From NCBI GenBank assembly GCA_963812605.1, contig CAWEWF010000014.1, positions 192,001-256,000 on the forward strand: a DNA stretch of 64,000 nt, read 5' to 3'. Positions 20,919 through 31,595 of the stretch are shown here, in pieces (the first letter of the stretch is position 1; every line of letters starts with the position of its first letter). The notes under the pieces were generated by a model. It was given only the letters and a program-made list of their open reading frames with translations, was not told the DNA's origin and searched no databases. This stretch comes from an uncultured Verrucomicrobiae bacterium. Its GTDB lineage: Bacteria > Verrucomicrobiota > Verrucomicrobiia > Palsa-1439. The position numbers and the translations under genes were made by a program.

Positions 20919-21393
20919 ATGACCAATGAGGAACGCAAGCCGATCGTCAAGGAACTGCTGGCCAAGGGGCTCACGCTTTCCCAAATCCAGGATTATTTCC
21001 ACAAGGAGAAGAACGACCCGATCAAGTATATGGATTTGCGGCTGTTGTTGTCCGAGATGCCGGACGCCCAGTTGCCGGAAAAGGAATTGCTGAAGACCGT
21101 GTTGCCACCGGCCGCTCCCGCAGCCGGCGCGGGCCGGAAAGCCTGTCCCAAACGACGCGGAGCCGGGAGCCGCCGGCAAGCTTTCGATCAGTGTCGATCA
21201 AGCCCCCGCACCGGGCTCGATGCTGAGCGGGTATGCGCGATTCGCCTCCGGCGCCAAGGCGCATTGGTTCCTCGATGAGATGGGACGTTTGGGACTCGAG
21301 CCCGAACTGGGTTCCAGCAAACCGACGGCACCGGACATGCAGGAGTTCAGCGCGGAACTGCGCCGCATGTTGCAACAAACGGGTGGAATGTAG
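20919..21393 (+). CDS. Hypothetical protein, frameshifted
   Basis: [10 protein letters not shown]... continues after a frameshift into [40 protein letters not shown]...GM*. Confidence 0.65.
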
Positions 21394-21408
21394 TCCGCAC
21401 ATCCGTGG

Positions 21409-21956
21409 TTAGAGAAACTCCGAGCGCAAGATCCCGTAGGCTTCGATGTCCAAGAACTCTCCCCACTTTTTCACATGCTGGCGGTGACGACCTTCGTGGC
21501 GCATGCCGACTTTTTGCATGACGCGACCCGAGGCCGGGTTGCGGCTGAAATGGTGAGCATGAACGCGGTTCAGGCGAAGTTCGGTGAACGCAAAATGTAA
21601 AACCACACGCGCGGCCTCCGTGCAATAGCCGCGGTTCCAATACGGTTTTCCAATCCAGTAACCCAACTCCCCATTCCCCTGATCGAGCTTGAGGACAAGG
21701 CCGATGCAGCCGATCAATTCGCCGCTTTCCTTCCGGGTAATGGCAAAGACGACTCCTTCGCCCTTGTCGAAGCGTTCCTGATGCGAACGCAATCCACGTC
21801 TCCGCCATACCCGTCTTCGTAGGGGTGAGGAACGTGCTATGTCGTCATGGCGGCGACATCGCGGTCGCCGGCGAGGAGTTGCACGCGGGGCGCGTCACTC
21901 AATTCAAACGGACGAAGCACAAGCTGTTCGGTCTCAAGCGTGGGGCGTTTCTTTAT
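21409..21956 (-). CDS. GNAT acetyltransferase (RimJ/RimL type), several frameshifts
   Basis: PTLETEQLVLRPF, PHPY, ELGYWIGKPYWNRGYCTEA, NPASGRVMQKVGM. Confidence 0.8.
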
Positions 21957-22456
21957 GGACGGTGTCGCCAAGCCGCACCTCTCCTCCTTGAATTACGCGC
22001 GCGAGCACGCCGCGCAGATGCAGTCGCCAAACCTTCCGTCGTATAGGTGAGATCCAGCACGGCTTTTCCATAGCGCCGTTCGAATTTGCTGCAACCCGTA
22101 TGCGGGGAATCGGTGACTTCCAGCACGGCCTGGCCGATCCGCAGACGTGTGCCGGGGGGAACATTATCCTCATGCAGATCGAGATCCACGATCAAGTTAT
22201 CGCCCGCCAGATTCATGCGCTCGTCGCCGTCGGAAATCGCTTCGAGAAAGCGCGAGTTCATGACTGACACTTGCATGAGCAAATTGCGGTTGGACTTCAG
22301 TCCCCACCGGTCACCGACCACGCCGTGTTCCGGGGTGAGCATCGCCTGTTGTGGCGTATGGCGTTGTTCGTTCGGCAGCCGCAGGACAATGCGCTTCAAC
22401 ACGCCGACGTCTTTTGGGCTGGCGCGAACCAGGTCAAGGAGAGCACGCGAATCCAT
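21934..22456 (-). CDS. MOSC domain protein, frameshift near 3' end
   Basis: GVVGDRW, AGDNL, IGQAVLEVTDSPHTGCSKF, then RGVLARVIQGGEVRLGD in the next frame. Confidence 0.8.
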
Positions 22457-22465
22457 GTGGCGATG

Positions 22466-24043
22466 TCATTTCTTTTTCTCGTCCTGGAAGAGTTTGTATT
22501 CAACGGAATCCACCAGGGCTTCCCAACTGGCCTCGATGATATTATCGTGCACGCCGACCGTGCCCCAGGTGTCGGTGCCGTCGGTGCTCTCGATGATGAC
22601 GCGGGTCTTGGCGGCGGTGCCACTGTGGCTGTCGAGGATGCGCACCTTATAGTCGATCAGTTGCACCTGGGCGATTGCGGGATAGAACTTTAGCAGCGCT
22701 TCGCGCAAAGCCTTGTCCAAGGCGTTGACGGGGCCGTCGCCATTGGCCACGGTATGTACAGCCTCGCCGCCGACCTCGAGTTTGACGCTGGCTTCGACGA
22801 CATTGTCGCCATCAGCGCCATGCTTGTCCATGATGACACGATAAGCTAGCAGTTTGAAAAACGGGGTGTGGCTTTTGAGCAGCTTCTGGACAAGGATGTG
22901 GAAACTGGCGTCGGCAGCTTCGTATTCGTAGCCCGCGTTTTCAAGCTGCTTCAGTTGCTGAAGGATGTCGCGCACTTCCGGCGTGTCCTTGCTGAGGTCC
23001 ATGCCCAGCTCGTGCGCCTTCATCAAAATGTTGCTGCGACCGCTCAATTCGCTCACTAGCACGCGGCGATGATTGCCGACCGTCTCCGGCTCGATGTGTT
23101 CATAGCTGCGCGCGAGCTTCTCGATGGCATTGACGTGGATGCCGCCTTTGTGCGCGAATGCCGTCGCGCCCACGAATGGCTGACGGATGTCATGGCGCAC
23201 GTTCGCGAGATCATCGACAAACATCGACAGATCGCGCAGCCGACGGACATTGTCCTTCGAGATGCAGTCATAACCCATCTTCAGCACGAGACAGGGGATG
23301 ACGGTGGTCATGTTGCAGTTGCCCGTGCGTTCGCCGTAACCGTTGATCGTGCCCTGCACCTGCACCGCGCCGGCTTCGATGGCGGCGAGCGCATTCGCGA
23401 CGCCGACACCGGAATCATTGTGGGTATGGATGCCGACCGCGCACTTCATCTGCTGAATAACGTCCGCGGTGATGCGGCTGACTTCGCCGGGCATCGTGCC
23501 GCCGTTGGTGTCGCAGAGGACCACGATATCGACGCCCGAATCCTGCGCGGCCTTCAGCGTGGCCATTGCGTAACGCGGGTCGTCCTTATAACCATCAAAG
23601 AAATGCTCGGCGTCGTAGACGACTTCCTTGCCATGTTCCTTGAAGAACCGGACGGAATCGCCGATCATCGCCACGTTTTCCTCGGGCGTGGTGCGAATGA
23701 CTTCCTTAACGTGCAAGGACCACGTCTTGCCCACGAGGGTGACGACGGGTGTGTTGGCTTTGATCAGCATGTCGATCTGGGGATCATCCTTGCACTTGGT
23801 GTTCGCGCGGCGGGTACTGCCAAAGGCCGCGACTTTCGCCTGCTTGAATTTTCGCTTGGCCGCCTCGGTGAAGAAATCCATGTCTTTCGGATTTGAACCC
23901 GGCCAGCCGCCTTCGATGTAATGGATGCCAAACGCGTCGAGCCGCTCGGCAATTCGAATCTTGTCCGCGCTCGAAAACGAGATGCCTTCGCCCTGCGCCC
24001 CGTCACGGAGCGTCGTATCATAGATGGAGATCTTCCTGCTCAT
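22466..24043 (-). CDS. cimA: Citramalate synthase
   Basis: YDTTLRDGAQGEG, IEGGWPGSNPKD, YDAEHFFDGY, HTHND, AFAHKGGIH, DYKVRIL. Confidence 0.93.
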   Translation of the reverse strand: MSRKISIYDTTLRDGAQGEGISFSSADKIRIAERLDAFGIHYIEGGWPGSNPKDMDFFTEAAKRKFKQAKVAAFGSTRRANTKCKDDPQIDMLIKANTPVVTLVGKTWSLHVKEVIRTTPEENVAMIGDSVRFFKEHGKEVVYDAEHFFDGYKDDPRYAMATLKAAQDSGVDIVVLCDTNGGTMPGEVSRITADVIQQMKCAVGIHTHNDSGVGVANALAAIEAGAVQVQGTINGYGERTGNCNMTTVIPCLVLKMGYDCISKDNVRRLRDLSMFVDDLANVRHDIRQPFVGATAFAHKGGIHVNAIEKLARSYEHIEPETVGNHRRVLVSELSGRSNILMKAHELGMDLSKDTPEVRDILQQLKQLENAGYEYEAADASFHILVQKLLKSHTPFFKLLAYRVIMDKHGADGDNVVEASVKLEVGGEAVHTVANGDGPVNALDKALREALLKFYPAIAQVQLIDYKVRILDSHSGTAAKTRVIIESTDGTDTWGTVGVHDNIIEASWEALVDSVEYKLFQDEKKK

Positions 24044-24268
24044 TCGCAAGGTAAGAGACTAAAACCAACTGCCTTGCCCGTCAACTGCGCTGTTGGCAGG
24101 CCGTTTTCTACCCGTCGTGCCGCCGTTGGTAAGTGCGTCTCCCTGGTCACGGCAGCTTCCCCTGGTAAAAAATCCGGCCGGTTTTTCGAGGGCGAACGCC
24201 TAAGCCATTCCAAAAGCGCCACTTAACTGTGGGGTTCGTTTCGTAATTTGTGTGTTTTGTGCGTGAAA

Positions 24269-25202
24269 TCATCTCCTCGACACCTCCATCGTCAATGGCG
24301 GCGGCACGTTCTCCCCGGCGCGCCGACGCTGTAACCTCTCCAGTTGGTTCATCGCCCGATACATCTGCCGGTCCAGCGCGGTCTCATATCGCAGGATCTT
24401 CTCCAGCACCGCCGTTTCCGGTAATATATTCGCCGCCTGCTGTGCCATTTCCTCCTTGTCCTCCCGTTCCTCGCGCAGCCGCCTCAGTTCCGCGTAGGAC
24501 TCGAGTTCCAGTTCAAGAAAACCCAACACCGCCCGCTGGTGGTTGCCCTTCGATTCTTCCTTGCTTAATCCGTTCGCATTGGCCACAAATCTCTCGCGGT
24601 ATCCCGCTAACGCCCGGATCAACGAATTCGGTTTGCCGGCGAATCGTTGTAAGACCCACTCACACATTGTCTCCGTCAACTCACCATCGCGCTGGACACC
24701 TTCCCTGACCTTCTCCAACACATGCCGCAGGTACTGGAGGCCCTGGCTCGACTTCGTCATCTCCTCCGCCACGTCATGGAGGTTGTCCAGGAATGTCATG
24801 ACCGATATCGGCTCGCGGCTCTCCCGTTTCCATCGCCCGCCGTCCACGCTCAGCGCGATCTCTCCCGTCTCCGCCAGCAACACCCGTCGCAACCGCCACT
24901 GCATCGTCACGATCCGCTCGACCAGCATTTCCTCCACCGGCCCTTCCGGTGCCAGGCTCTCCCAGAACCGCGCCCGCAACGCCTTGAACTCGTCCTCTCG
25001 CTCCTGGATGCGCAACCCCCGCACCACCACTTCCGCCGACAGGATCCCATGCTTCACCGCGTTCATCCGCGCAGCCGACTTACCCGCCAAACTCAGCGGC
25101 CCCGTCGCTCCGCCGGGCCGTTCTCCGATGGCCCGGCCTCTTTTTCACGGCTACCGCCTTCGCTGGTGCGACTGCCTCAGTAACTGCATCATTGGGAATC
25201 AT
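24269..25202 (-). CDS. Hypothetical protein of the GP....GK..(S/A)..NA.KHG family, frameshift near 25140
   Basis: GPLSLAGKSAARMNAVKHGILS...EMLVERI...WRLRR...ILRYETALDRQMYRAMNQLERLQ. Confidence 0.7.
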
Positions 25203-25359
25203 GGCTCTGTCCTTTCCTGGGGGTGGTACGGAGGAGTCGTCACGTTGTGCGCCGGTCCCTCGTTGCATTGGTCTGCATTCATCCGCTACCGATAGTCACA
25301 CAGTATAACACTATCGAATAACGATGACAAGTGATGAAATACCCTCGCTATCCGATTGG

Positions 25360-25456
25360 TGGTGTAGCCACGGCTTTATGAGCCGTGCAGAAGCGCGCAA
25401 TGGTGTAGCCACGGCTCGATGAGCCGTGCGGAAGTGCGCCTCGCAGAGGCGCGCTA
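25360..25456. repeat. Tandem GTAG-type REP-like palindromes
   Basis: Two ~41 bp units TGGTGTAGCCACGGCT(ttat/cgat)GAGCCGTGC at 25360 and 25401, followed by the GCGCCTC-gca-GAGGCGC hairpin. Confidence 0.8.
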
Positions 25457-26038
25457 GCGATTCACGCCGAAAACTTTCGGAGTGCCAAATACCACCGGCG
25501 CGGCTATACTGCCCGTCATAGAAAGGAAGCGTTTGATTCGATCTCGGAACCTAAAAGTGGTACCCAGTTCCCATGAAAACTGGTCATAACAGTTATCCCT
25601 ACGCTCAATGCGCTGATCGGATTGCTACTTAATCCGTTTAGACATGAGAAACATAGCTGACATTTTCGTCATTTGAGGCTCGCAACCATCCGATATGGCT
25701 GGCTTGCATTGTGGGATTTATCGTTAGCAAAGTCAACATATAGGTTACGACGCAAACACCTCTCTGTATGGAAAGAATGCGGTTCTCCTACTCTGTTTAG
25801 TGGTTTTTGGCCTACTCATGCGATTTGGAGGTCCGTGTGAACTACTTTGGTGATGTAAATAACAAAACTCTGCAAGTTTATTAAATGGTTCTATGTTGTG
25901 TACTGTTACCAGCTTGGCGGTACGTGGCGATAATGTTTTTTACCTCAATTGATTTAGGGCATATGTGAGATATCGAGTCAAGTAAAGTGCCATTCATTAA
26001 AGGTGACAACCGAAAGATGTCAGTACACCAATAGCGGG

Positions 26039-26737
26039 GTTCCATCCACAGCGCAAGCCGTCTTCGTGTCTGATTTAAGCAACTCGTGGCACCTTCTACA
26101 TCCCCGCCGTTTTCGCCGTCCGCCGCACCACGTCGAACGAAGAGGAATTCGGGCAGGTCTCAACATCAGACAATTGGCCCAAGAATATTTATCGTTGGTC
26201 ATTGGGGTCAACTCCGTACTCTGGACAGATTTTGGAGGCGCACCAAAAAAGTTCGCTTTTCATTGTCAGTGCCTAAGCGCTCAGCAAACGCCATCATCAC
26301 CCGGTGCCGCAGTTCCATCCACAGCGCAAGCCGTCTTCGTGTCTGATTTAAGCAATTCGTGGCAACGTCTACATCCCTGCCGTCCTGGCGGTGCGCCGTA
26401 CCACGTCGAACAGGCTGTCCTCGGCGATGACGTGGCCGGTCAGCTTCTTCTTGCTGTTGGCGATGATCTGGCGTCCGGCTGGGGATTTGTCCATGCCCAC
26501 CAACGCTCTGGACAGATTTTGGAGGCGGACCAAAAGGGTTCGCTTTTCGTCATCAGGGCTAAGCGCTCAGCAAGGGTCATCATCACGCCTACATTCCCGC
26601 CGTTTTCGCCGTCCGCCGCACCACGTCGAACAGGCTGTCTTCGGCGATCACGTGGCCGGTCAGCTTCTTCTTGCTGTTGGCGATGATCTGGCGGCCGGCT
26701 GGGGATTTGTCCATGTCCACCAATGCTGTCTGGATCT
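26039..26737. repeat. Mosaic direct repeats including three copies of a phnD-like 3' end
   Basis: Block A 26039-26095/26312-26368; phnD end 26096-26138, 26369-26506, 26589-26737; block B 26219-26300/26506-26586. Confidence 0.9.
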
Positions 26738-26954
26738 TGCAATCGCCGTAGTCCTTGGCGATGTAGAGCACGACCTTCTGCCCGATGGCATCAGAAAGAT
26801 AGGCCGCGAGCGGGTCGAACTCGGCCCGCATTTCCGCTTCGCCGAGGACGGGAGTGAAGCCGAATTTCAGGTCGCGCGCGGCGGCGGGGCGAACGGCGAG
26901 TCGATGATGAAAACCGTAAGGACCAACAAAGCCGTTTGACGAGGGCGTCGTCAC
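26589..26954 (-). pseudogene. Phosphate/phosphite/phosphonate ABC substrate-binding protein (PhnD-like) with large internal deletion
   Basis: LKFGFTP...EFDPLAAYLSDAIGQKV...KDY joined directly to KIQTALVDM...DSLFDVVR C-terminus. Confidence 0.75.
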
Positions 26955-26958
26955 GCAC

Positions 26959-27423
26959 CTACTTCTTCTCTGCCGTGCTGGCCTGGCGCTTCTGGGCGAA
27001 CTCCGCTGATTCGATCAGGAGTTGGTTGTTCTTCTCGGTGTAGGTGGCGATCAACTTGCCGTCGGCGCTGGTCCAGTGGCGGTTCCCGTCCCTGGTGTCT
27101 TTGATTTCCGTCCAGCCGCCTTCGGGGGCAGCAGCTTTGAGGGAGGCTTCGATCTCCACGTTTTCCATTGCGACCTCGCCAATATCGCCGTCTTCCTCGA
27201 TCGTCTCGACCAGTTCGTAGGCTGCCTTGCCGTCAACGAACCCGACAAAGATGGCGAGATCGTCCTGCCGGTACTGGTAGGCGGCGGTGGCCGGCGCGAA
27301 GGGTTTCGCAACCTTCACGTGCTTGCCGTAGCGGGCCTCGGTTTGCGGCAGGTCCTCGCCGATCTTTGCGTGGCAGGCGGACGCGGCGAGGAATACTGCG
27401 GAAGCGAGTGGCAATAATTTCAT
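26959..27423 (-). CDS. Secreted hypothetical protein
   Basis: MKLLPLASAVFLAASACHA signal peptide; KIGE......ARYG. Confidence 0.7.
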   Translation of the reverse strand: MKLLPLASAVFLAASACHAKIGEDLPQTEARYGKHVKVAKPFAPATAAYQYRQDDLAIFVGFVDGKAAYELVETIEEDGDIGEVAMENVEIEASLKAAAPEGGWTEIKDTRDGNRHWTSADGKLIATYTEKNNQLLIESAEFAQKRQASTAEKK

Positions 27424-27433
27424 ATCCTGTTCC

Positions 27434-28648
27434 TTATTTGCCCAATTCGAACGCATCGTGAACGGCGCGGGCGGCTTTGTCGGCGTCCTTCAGCCCGATG
27501 ATGACGGAGATTTTGATCTCGCTGGTGGAGATCATGTCGATGTTGACACCCGTGGCCGCAAGTGTCTCGAACATTTTAGCGGCCACGCCGGGGTGCGAGC
27601 GCATGCCGATGCCGACGACGGAGAGCTTGGCGATTTCCACCGTGGAAGTGACCTCGCGCGCGCCGATTTCCTTGACGATGGGCTGTAGGGCTTTCGTGGC
27701 TTTGGCCGCTTCGCTGGACCCGACGGTGAAGGAGATGTCGGTGAATCCTTTCTCGCTGACGTTTTGCACAATGACGTCGATGTTGATATGGGCGTCGGCG
27801 ATTGTCTTGAAGACCTTCGCGGCGATGCCGGGTTTGTCGGGCACGCCGGCGATGGTGACTTTGGCCTGGTTCTTGTCAAGCGCGACGCCGCGGATGACCA
27901 CATCTTCCATTTTTGCGGTTTCTTCTTTCACAATAGTCCCCGGGTTGTCGTTGAAACTGCTGCGCACTTCGAACACGACGCCAAACTTTTTGGCGAACTC
28001 AACCGAGCGCGCCTGCATCACCTTCGAGCCCAGCGCGGCCAGTTCCAGCATTTCGTCATAGCTGATTTCCGCGAGCTTGCGCGCGTTGGGCACGATGCGC
28101 GGATCGGAAGTATAGACGCCATCCACATCGGTGTAAATCTGGCAGAGGTCGGCCTTGACGGCGGCGGCGATGGCGATGGCGGTCAAATCGCTGCCGCCGC
28201 GACCCAGCGTGGTAATCTGGCCGTCCGCCGTTTCGCCCTGAAAGCCGGCGATGGTCACGATGTTGCCGTTGTTGAGGAACTCGTGGACTCGTTTCGGCGT
28301 GATGTTGGCGATCTTGGCCTTGGTGTGGAGGCCGTCGGTGACGATACCGGCCTGCGCGCCGGTCAAGGACACGGCTTGTGCGCCGAGCGAATGCAGCGCC
28401 ATGGCGAGTAGCGCGATGGTCGTTTGTTCGCCCGTGGCGAGCAACATATCCATCTCGCGCTCGTTCGGTTCGGGATGGACTTCCTTGGCGAGTTTGATGA
28501 GCGAATCGGTCACGCCGCTCATCGCCGAGACGACGGCGACGACTTTATTGCCCGCTTGCTGCGTGGCCAACACGCGGCGCGCGACGTTCTTGATGCGCTC
28601 GGGATTACCGACCGACGTCCCGCCATATTTTTGTACAATGAGAGCCAT
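27434..28648 (-). CDS. lysC: Aspartate kinase
   Basis: VQKYGGTSV, TTLGRGGSD, TDVDGVYTSDPR, two ACT domains. Confidence 0.97.
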   Translation of the reverse strand: MALIVQKYGGTSVGNPERIKNVARRVLATQQAGNKVVAVVSAMSGVTDSLIKLAKEVHPEPNEREMDMLLATGEQTTIALLAMALHSLGAQAVSLTGAQAGIVTDGLHTKAKIANITPKRVHEFLNNGNIVTIAGFQGETADGQITTLGRGGSDLTAIAIAAAVKADLCQIYTDVDGVYTSDPRIVPNARKLAEISYDEMLELAALGSKVMQARSVEFAKKFGVVFEVRSSFNDNPGTIVKEETAKMEDVVIRGVALDKNQAKVTIAGVPDKPGIAAKVFKTIADAHINIDVIVQNVSEKGFTDISFTVGSSEAAKATKALQPIVKEIGAREVTSTVEIAKLSVVGIGMRSHPGVAAKMFETLAATGVNIDMISTSEIKISVIIGLKDADKAARAVHDAFELGK

Positions 28649-28655
28649 TTTATTA

Positions 28656-28684
28656 ACCGCGAATGAACGCCAATAAACGCTAAT
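28656..28684. repeat. Decamer-periodic inverted repeat, left side of GxxExxY gene
   Basis: ACCGCGAATGAACGCCAATAAACGCTAAT; 23/29 identical to the reverse complement of 29019-29047. Confidence 0.85.
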
Positions 28685-29030
28685 CGGAGAGCACGACTCG
28701 CCGATATTCCAGTTTCGGACGCCGGAAATTCAAGATGATTCCAAGTTCCAGCCTGGCGATACGCAGGTAGTTCATTACCTGCCCAAGTTCGGCGTCCGAA
28801 ACGGCTTCGATTACCTTCGTGTCCACAATGACCTTGTCGTCTACCAACAGGTCGGGGATGTATTCGCCGACCACGACGTTCTTGTATAGCACCTTAAATC
28901 GCTTCTGTTGACCGACCGCAATTCCCCGCACATTCAGTTCTGCGACGAGCGTATTCAATACCTCCATCGCGGCACCGACGATTTCAAACGAAAGTTCTTT
29001 ATGAAGAACTTTCGTTTCATTCACGTTCAT
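28680..29030 (-). CDS. GxxExxY family protein (PD-(D/E)xK-like) with in-frame deletion of the namesake motif
   Basis: LSFEIVGAAMEVLNTL-VAEL...YIPDLLVDDKVIVDTK...QVMNYL...LGIILNF; the usual G.G..E..YE.AL segment is absent. Confidence 0.85.
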   Translation of the reverse strand: MNVNETKVLHKELSFEIVGAAMEVLNTLVAELNVRGIAVGQQKRFKVLYKNVVVGEYIPDLLVDDKVIVDTKVIEAVSDAELGQVMNYLRIARLELGIILNFRRPKLEYRRVVLSD

Positions 29031-29047
29031 TAGTGTCCATTCGCGGT
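29019..29047. repeat. Decamer-periodic inverted repeat, right side of GxxExxY gene
   Basis: ATTCACGTTCATTAGTGTCCATTCGCGGT; contains the gene's start codon. Confidence 0.85.
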
Positions 29048-29053
29048 CAAGAC

Positions 29054-30114
29054 CTACATGCCGATTATTTTCAAGACTTCATCCGCGTTCGCATCACAGG
29101 TGATTGGCGAGGAGGCGTTGGCCATCGCGGTGTCGGGGTCCTTTAGCCCGTGCCCGGTCAGGGTAATTGCCACAACTGCGCCGCGCGGGAAAAGTCCCTT
29201 CGCCACGTGTTTGCGCAGGCCCGCGACGCCGGCGGCGGATGCGGGCTCGACGAACACGCCTTCTTTCGCGGCGAGCAATTTGTAGGCATCGATGATCTCC
29301 GCGTCGCTTACCATATCGATCAGGCCGCCGGATTGGTCGCGGGCGGTTTCGGCGAGCTTCCAACTGGCCGGGTTGCCGATGCGAATGGCGGTGGCGATGG
29401 TCTCGGGGTTCTCGATCGCATGCCCGCGAACGATGGGCGCGGCGCCTTCCGCCTGAAAGCCGATCATTTTCGGCACGGAAGTAGTGATCTTGTGCGCCCG
29501 ATATTCCTGATAGCCCTTCCAGTATGCGGTAATGTTGCCGGCATTGCCGACGGGCAGCAGATGAAAATCCGGCGCGCGACCGAGCGCATCGCAAATTTCG
29601 AAGGCCGCCGTTTTTTGTCCCTCGATGCGATCGGGGTTGATCGAGTTGACGATCTGGATGCTGGAGCGTTCCCCGATTTCGCGGACGATGCGCAATGCGT
29701 CATCGAAATTCCCGCGCAACGCGATCACGGTCGCGCCTTCCATCATCGCCTGGGTCAGCTTGCCCATGGCGATGGCGCCCTTGGGGAGAAGCACGACGCA
29801 TTTGATGCCCGCGCGCGCGGCGTAAGCCGCGGCCGAGGCGGACGTATTGCCGGTGCTGGCGCAAATCACGGCCTTCGCGCCGCGTTCCACGGCCAGCGAG
29901 ACCGCCACGGTCATGCCGCGGTCCTTGAAGGAAGCGGTTGGGATTCAAGCCCTCGTACTTGAGCCAAATCTCCAGGCCGCCGCCGATGATCTTTCTCCAG
30001 GTTATGCGCATGGATGAGGGGCGTGTTGCCTTCGCACAGGGACACGACGGGCGTCTTGTCCGTAACGGGCAGATACTGGCGATATTGTTCGATGACTCCG
30101 CGCCACGCGCTCAT
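29054..30114 (-). CDS. thrC: Threonine synthase, frameshifts in 5' part
   Basis: [58 protein letters not shown]. Confidence 0.95.
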
Positions 30115-30132
30115 GTTGGCATTCCTACGCTT

Positions 30133-31492
30133 TCACTTCGCGGTCGCCTCGAAGTTTTCGACGCGGATGACGACGGTCTTGTACTTGACGACACTGAGAC
30201 CGTCAATTTTAGCCACCGCTTCCCGCACGGCGCGGTCTTTCGCGGTGTGCAACATCATGATCAGGGGGACCGTGTCGCTGTAGGTCTCCGCATGACCGGG
30301 TTTCGGCTCGGGTGCTTCGCGTTGGAGCACCGAAGCGATGCTGATATCGGCTTCGCCGAGGATATGTGAAACCTTGGCGATCACGCCCGACCGATCTTCG
30401 ACCGTCAATCGCAGGTAGTAGCGCGATTCAACGTCATCGATGGTGCGCACGCGCGCATTGAGCCGGTGCGACACAAACGCGGGCACGCGTTGTTTGCTGC
30501 CAAACTTGAGATTCAACGCGGCATCGGCCAAATCGGAAATGACCGCGCTCGCCGTCGCGTCCGCGCCCGCGCCGCGCCCGTAGAACATGGTGTCGCCGAC
30601 CACGTCGCCGTGAACGACGACGCCGTTGAAGACCCCATTGACGCTGGAGAGGACATGGCTGTGCGGGATAAGCGTCGGATGCACGCGCACTTCCACAGCG
30701 GGCGAGTGGCTGTTCCCGTCGCTCTTGACGACTGCCAGCAGTTTGATCGTGTAACCGAGTTCGCGCGCGATCTGGATGTCGAGCCGCGAGACCTGGCGGA
30801 TGCCTTCGACGTAGGTGTTCTCGAAGCCGGTCCAGAACCCGTGCGCGAGCGAGGCGAGAATCGTCGCCTTGTGCGCGGAGTCGACGCCGTCGATGTCGAG
30901 CGCCGGATTGGCCTCGGCGTAACCGCGGGTCTGGGCTTCTTCGAGGGCTTCCTCAAAATGCAAATCGTCCGCCGTCATCCGCGAGAGGATGTAATTGCAG
31001 GTGCCGTTGACGATGCCGTAGAGGATCGGGAAATGGTTGGCGACGAACCCTTCGCGGAGAGACTTGATGATCGGGATGCCGCCGCAGACGCTGGCTTCGT
31101 AGAAAATGTTGGTGGAATTTTTGGCGGCGGCGCCGAAAAGCTCTTCGCCATCGTGGGCGAGCAGCGCTTTGTTGGCGGTGACGACAACCTTGCCGCGAGC
31201 GAGCGCGTCGAGGATCAGGGTCTTGGCGAAACCGGTGCCGCCGACGAGTTCGACGACGACGTGGACATCGGGGTCCTGCAGCACCTTTTGCACGTCGCCG
31301 GTGAGATTCTCCCTGAGGAACGGACAAACCTTTCAGGCGAGACTCGTCCTTGTCGCAGACCCACTTGAGGTGCAGGCGCATGCCGAGCCGTTCGGTGATG
31401 AGGTCGGCGTTGCGGGTGAGATGTTTCACCACGCCGCCGCCGACGACACCCGCGCCGACCAGACCGACATTGAGTTGTTTCGCTTCGCTCAT
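30133..31492 (-). CDS. hom: Homoserine dehydrogenase with ACT domain, frameshifted near 31310-31340
   Basis: GAGVVGGGV, VTANKAL, EASVCGGIPII, NGTCNYIL, GRGAG. Confidence 0.95.
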
Positions 31493-31595
31493 GGGAGAAT
31501 CAGGGCGCAAAGTGTAGCGGCAGCGGGGCGGTTTGTCTAGACTCGATGCCGCCCGTTGTGTTCCAATAACGGCACAACAACCCACGGGAGGCAAA

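Noticed and set aside
25360-25440. Possible mini CRISPR array
   Set aside because: Only two adjacent units with no real spacer and no cas genes; fits GTAG REP palindromes
26039-26737. Diversity-generating retroelement TR/VR pair or shufflon
   Set aside because: Differences are not adenine-specific, repeats are direct, and no reverse transcriptase or recombinase is nearby
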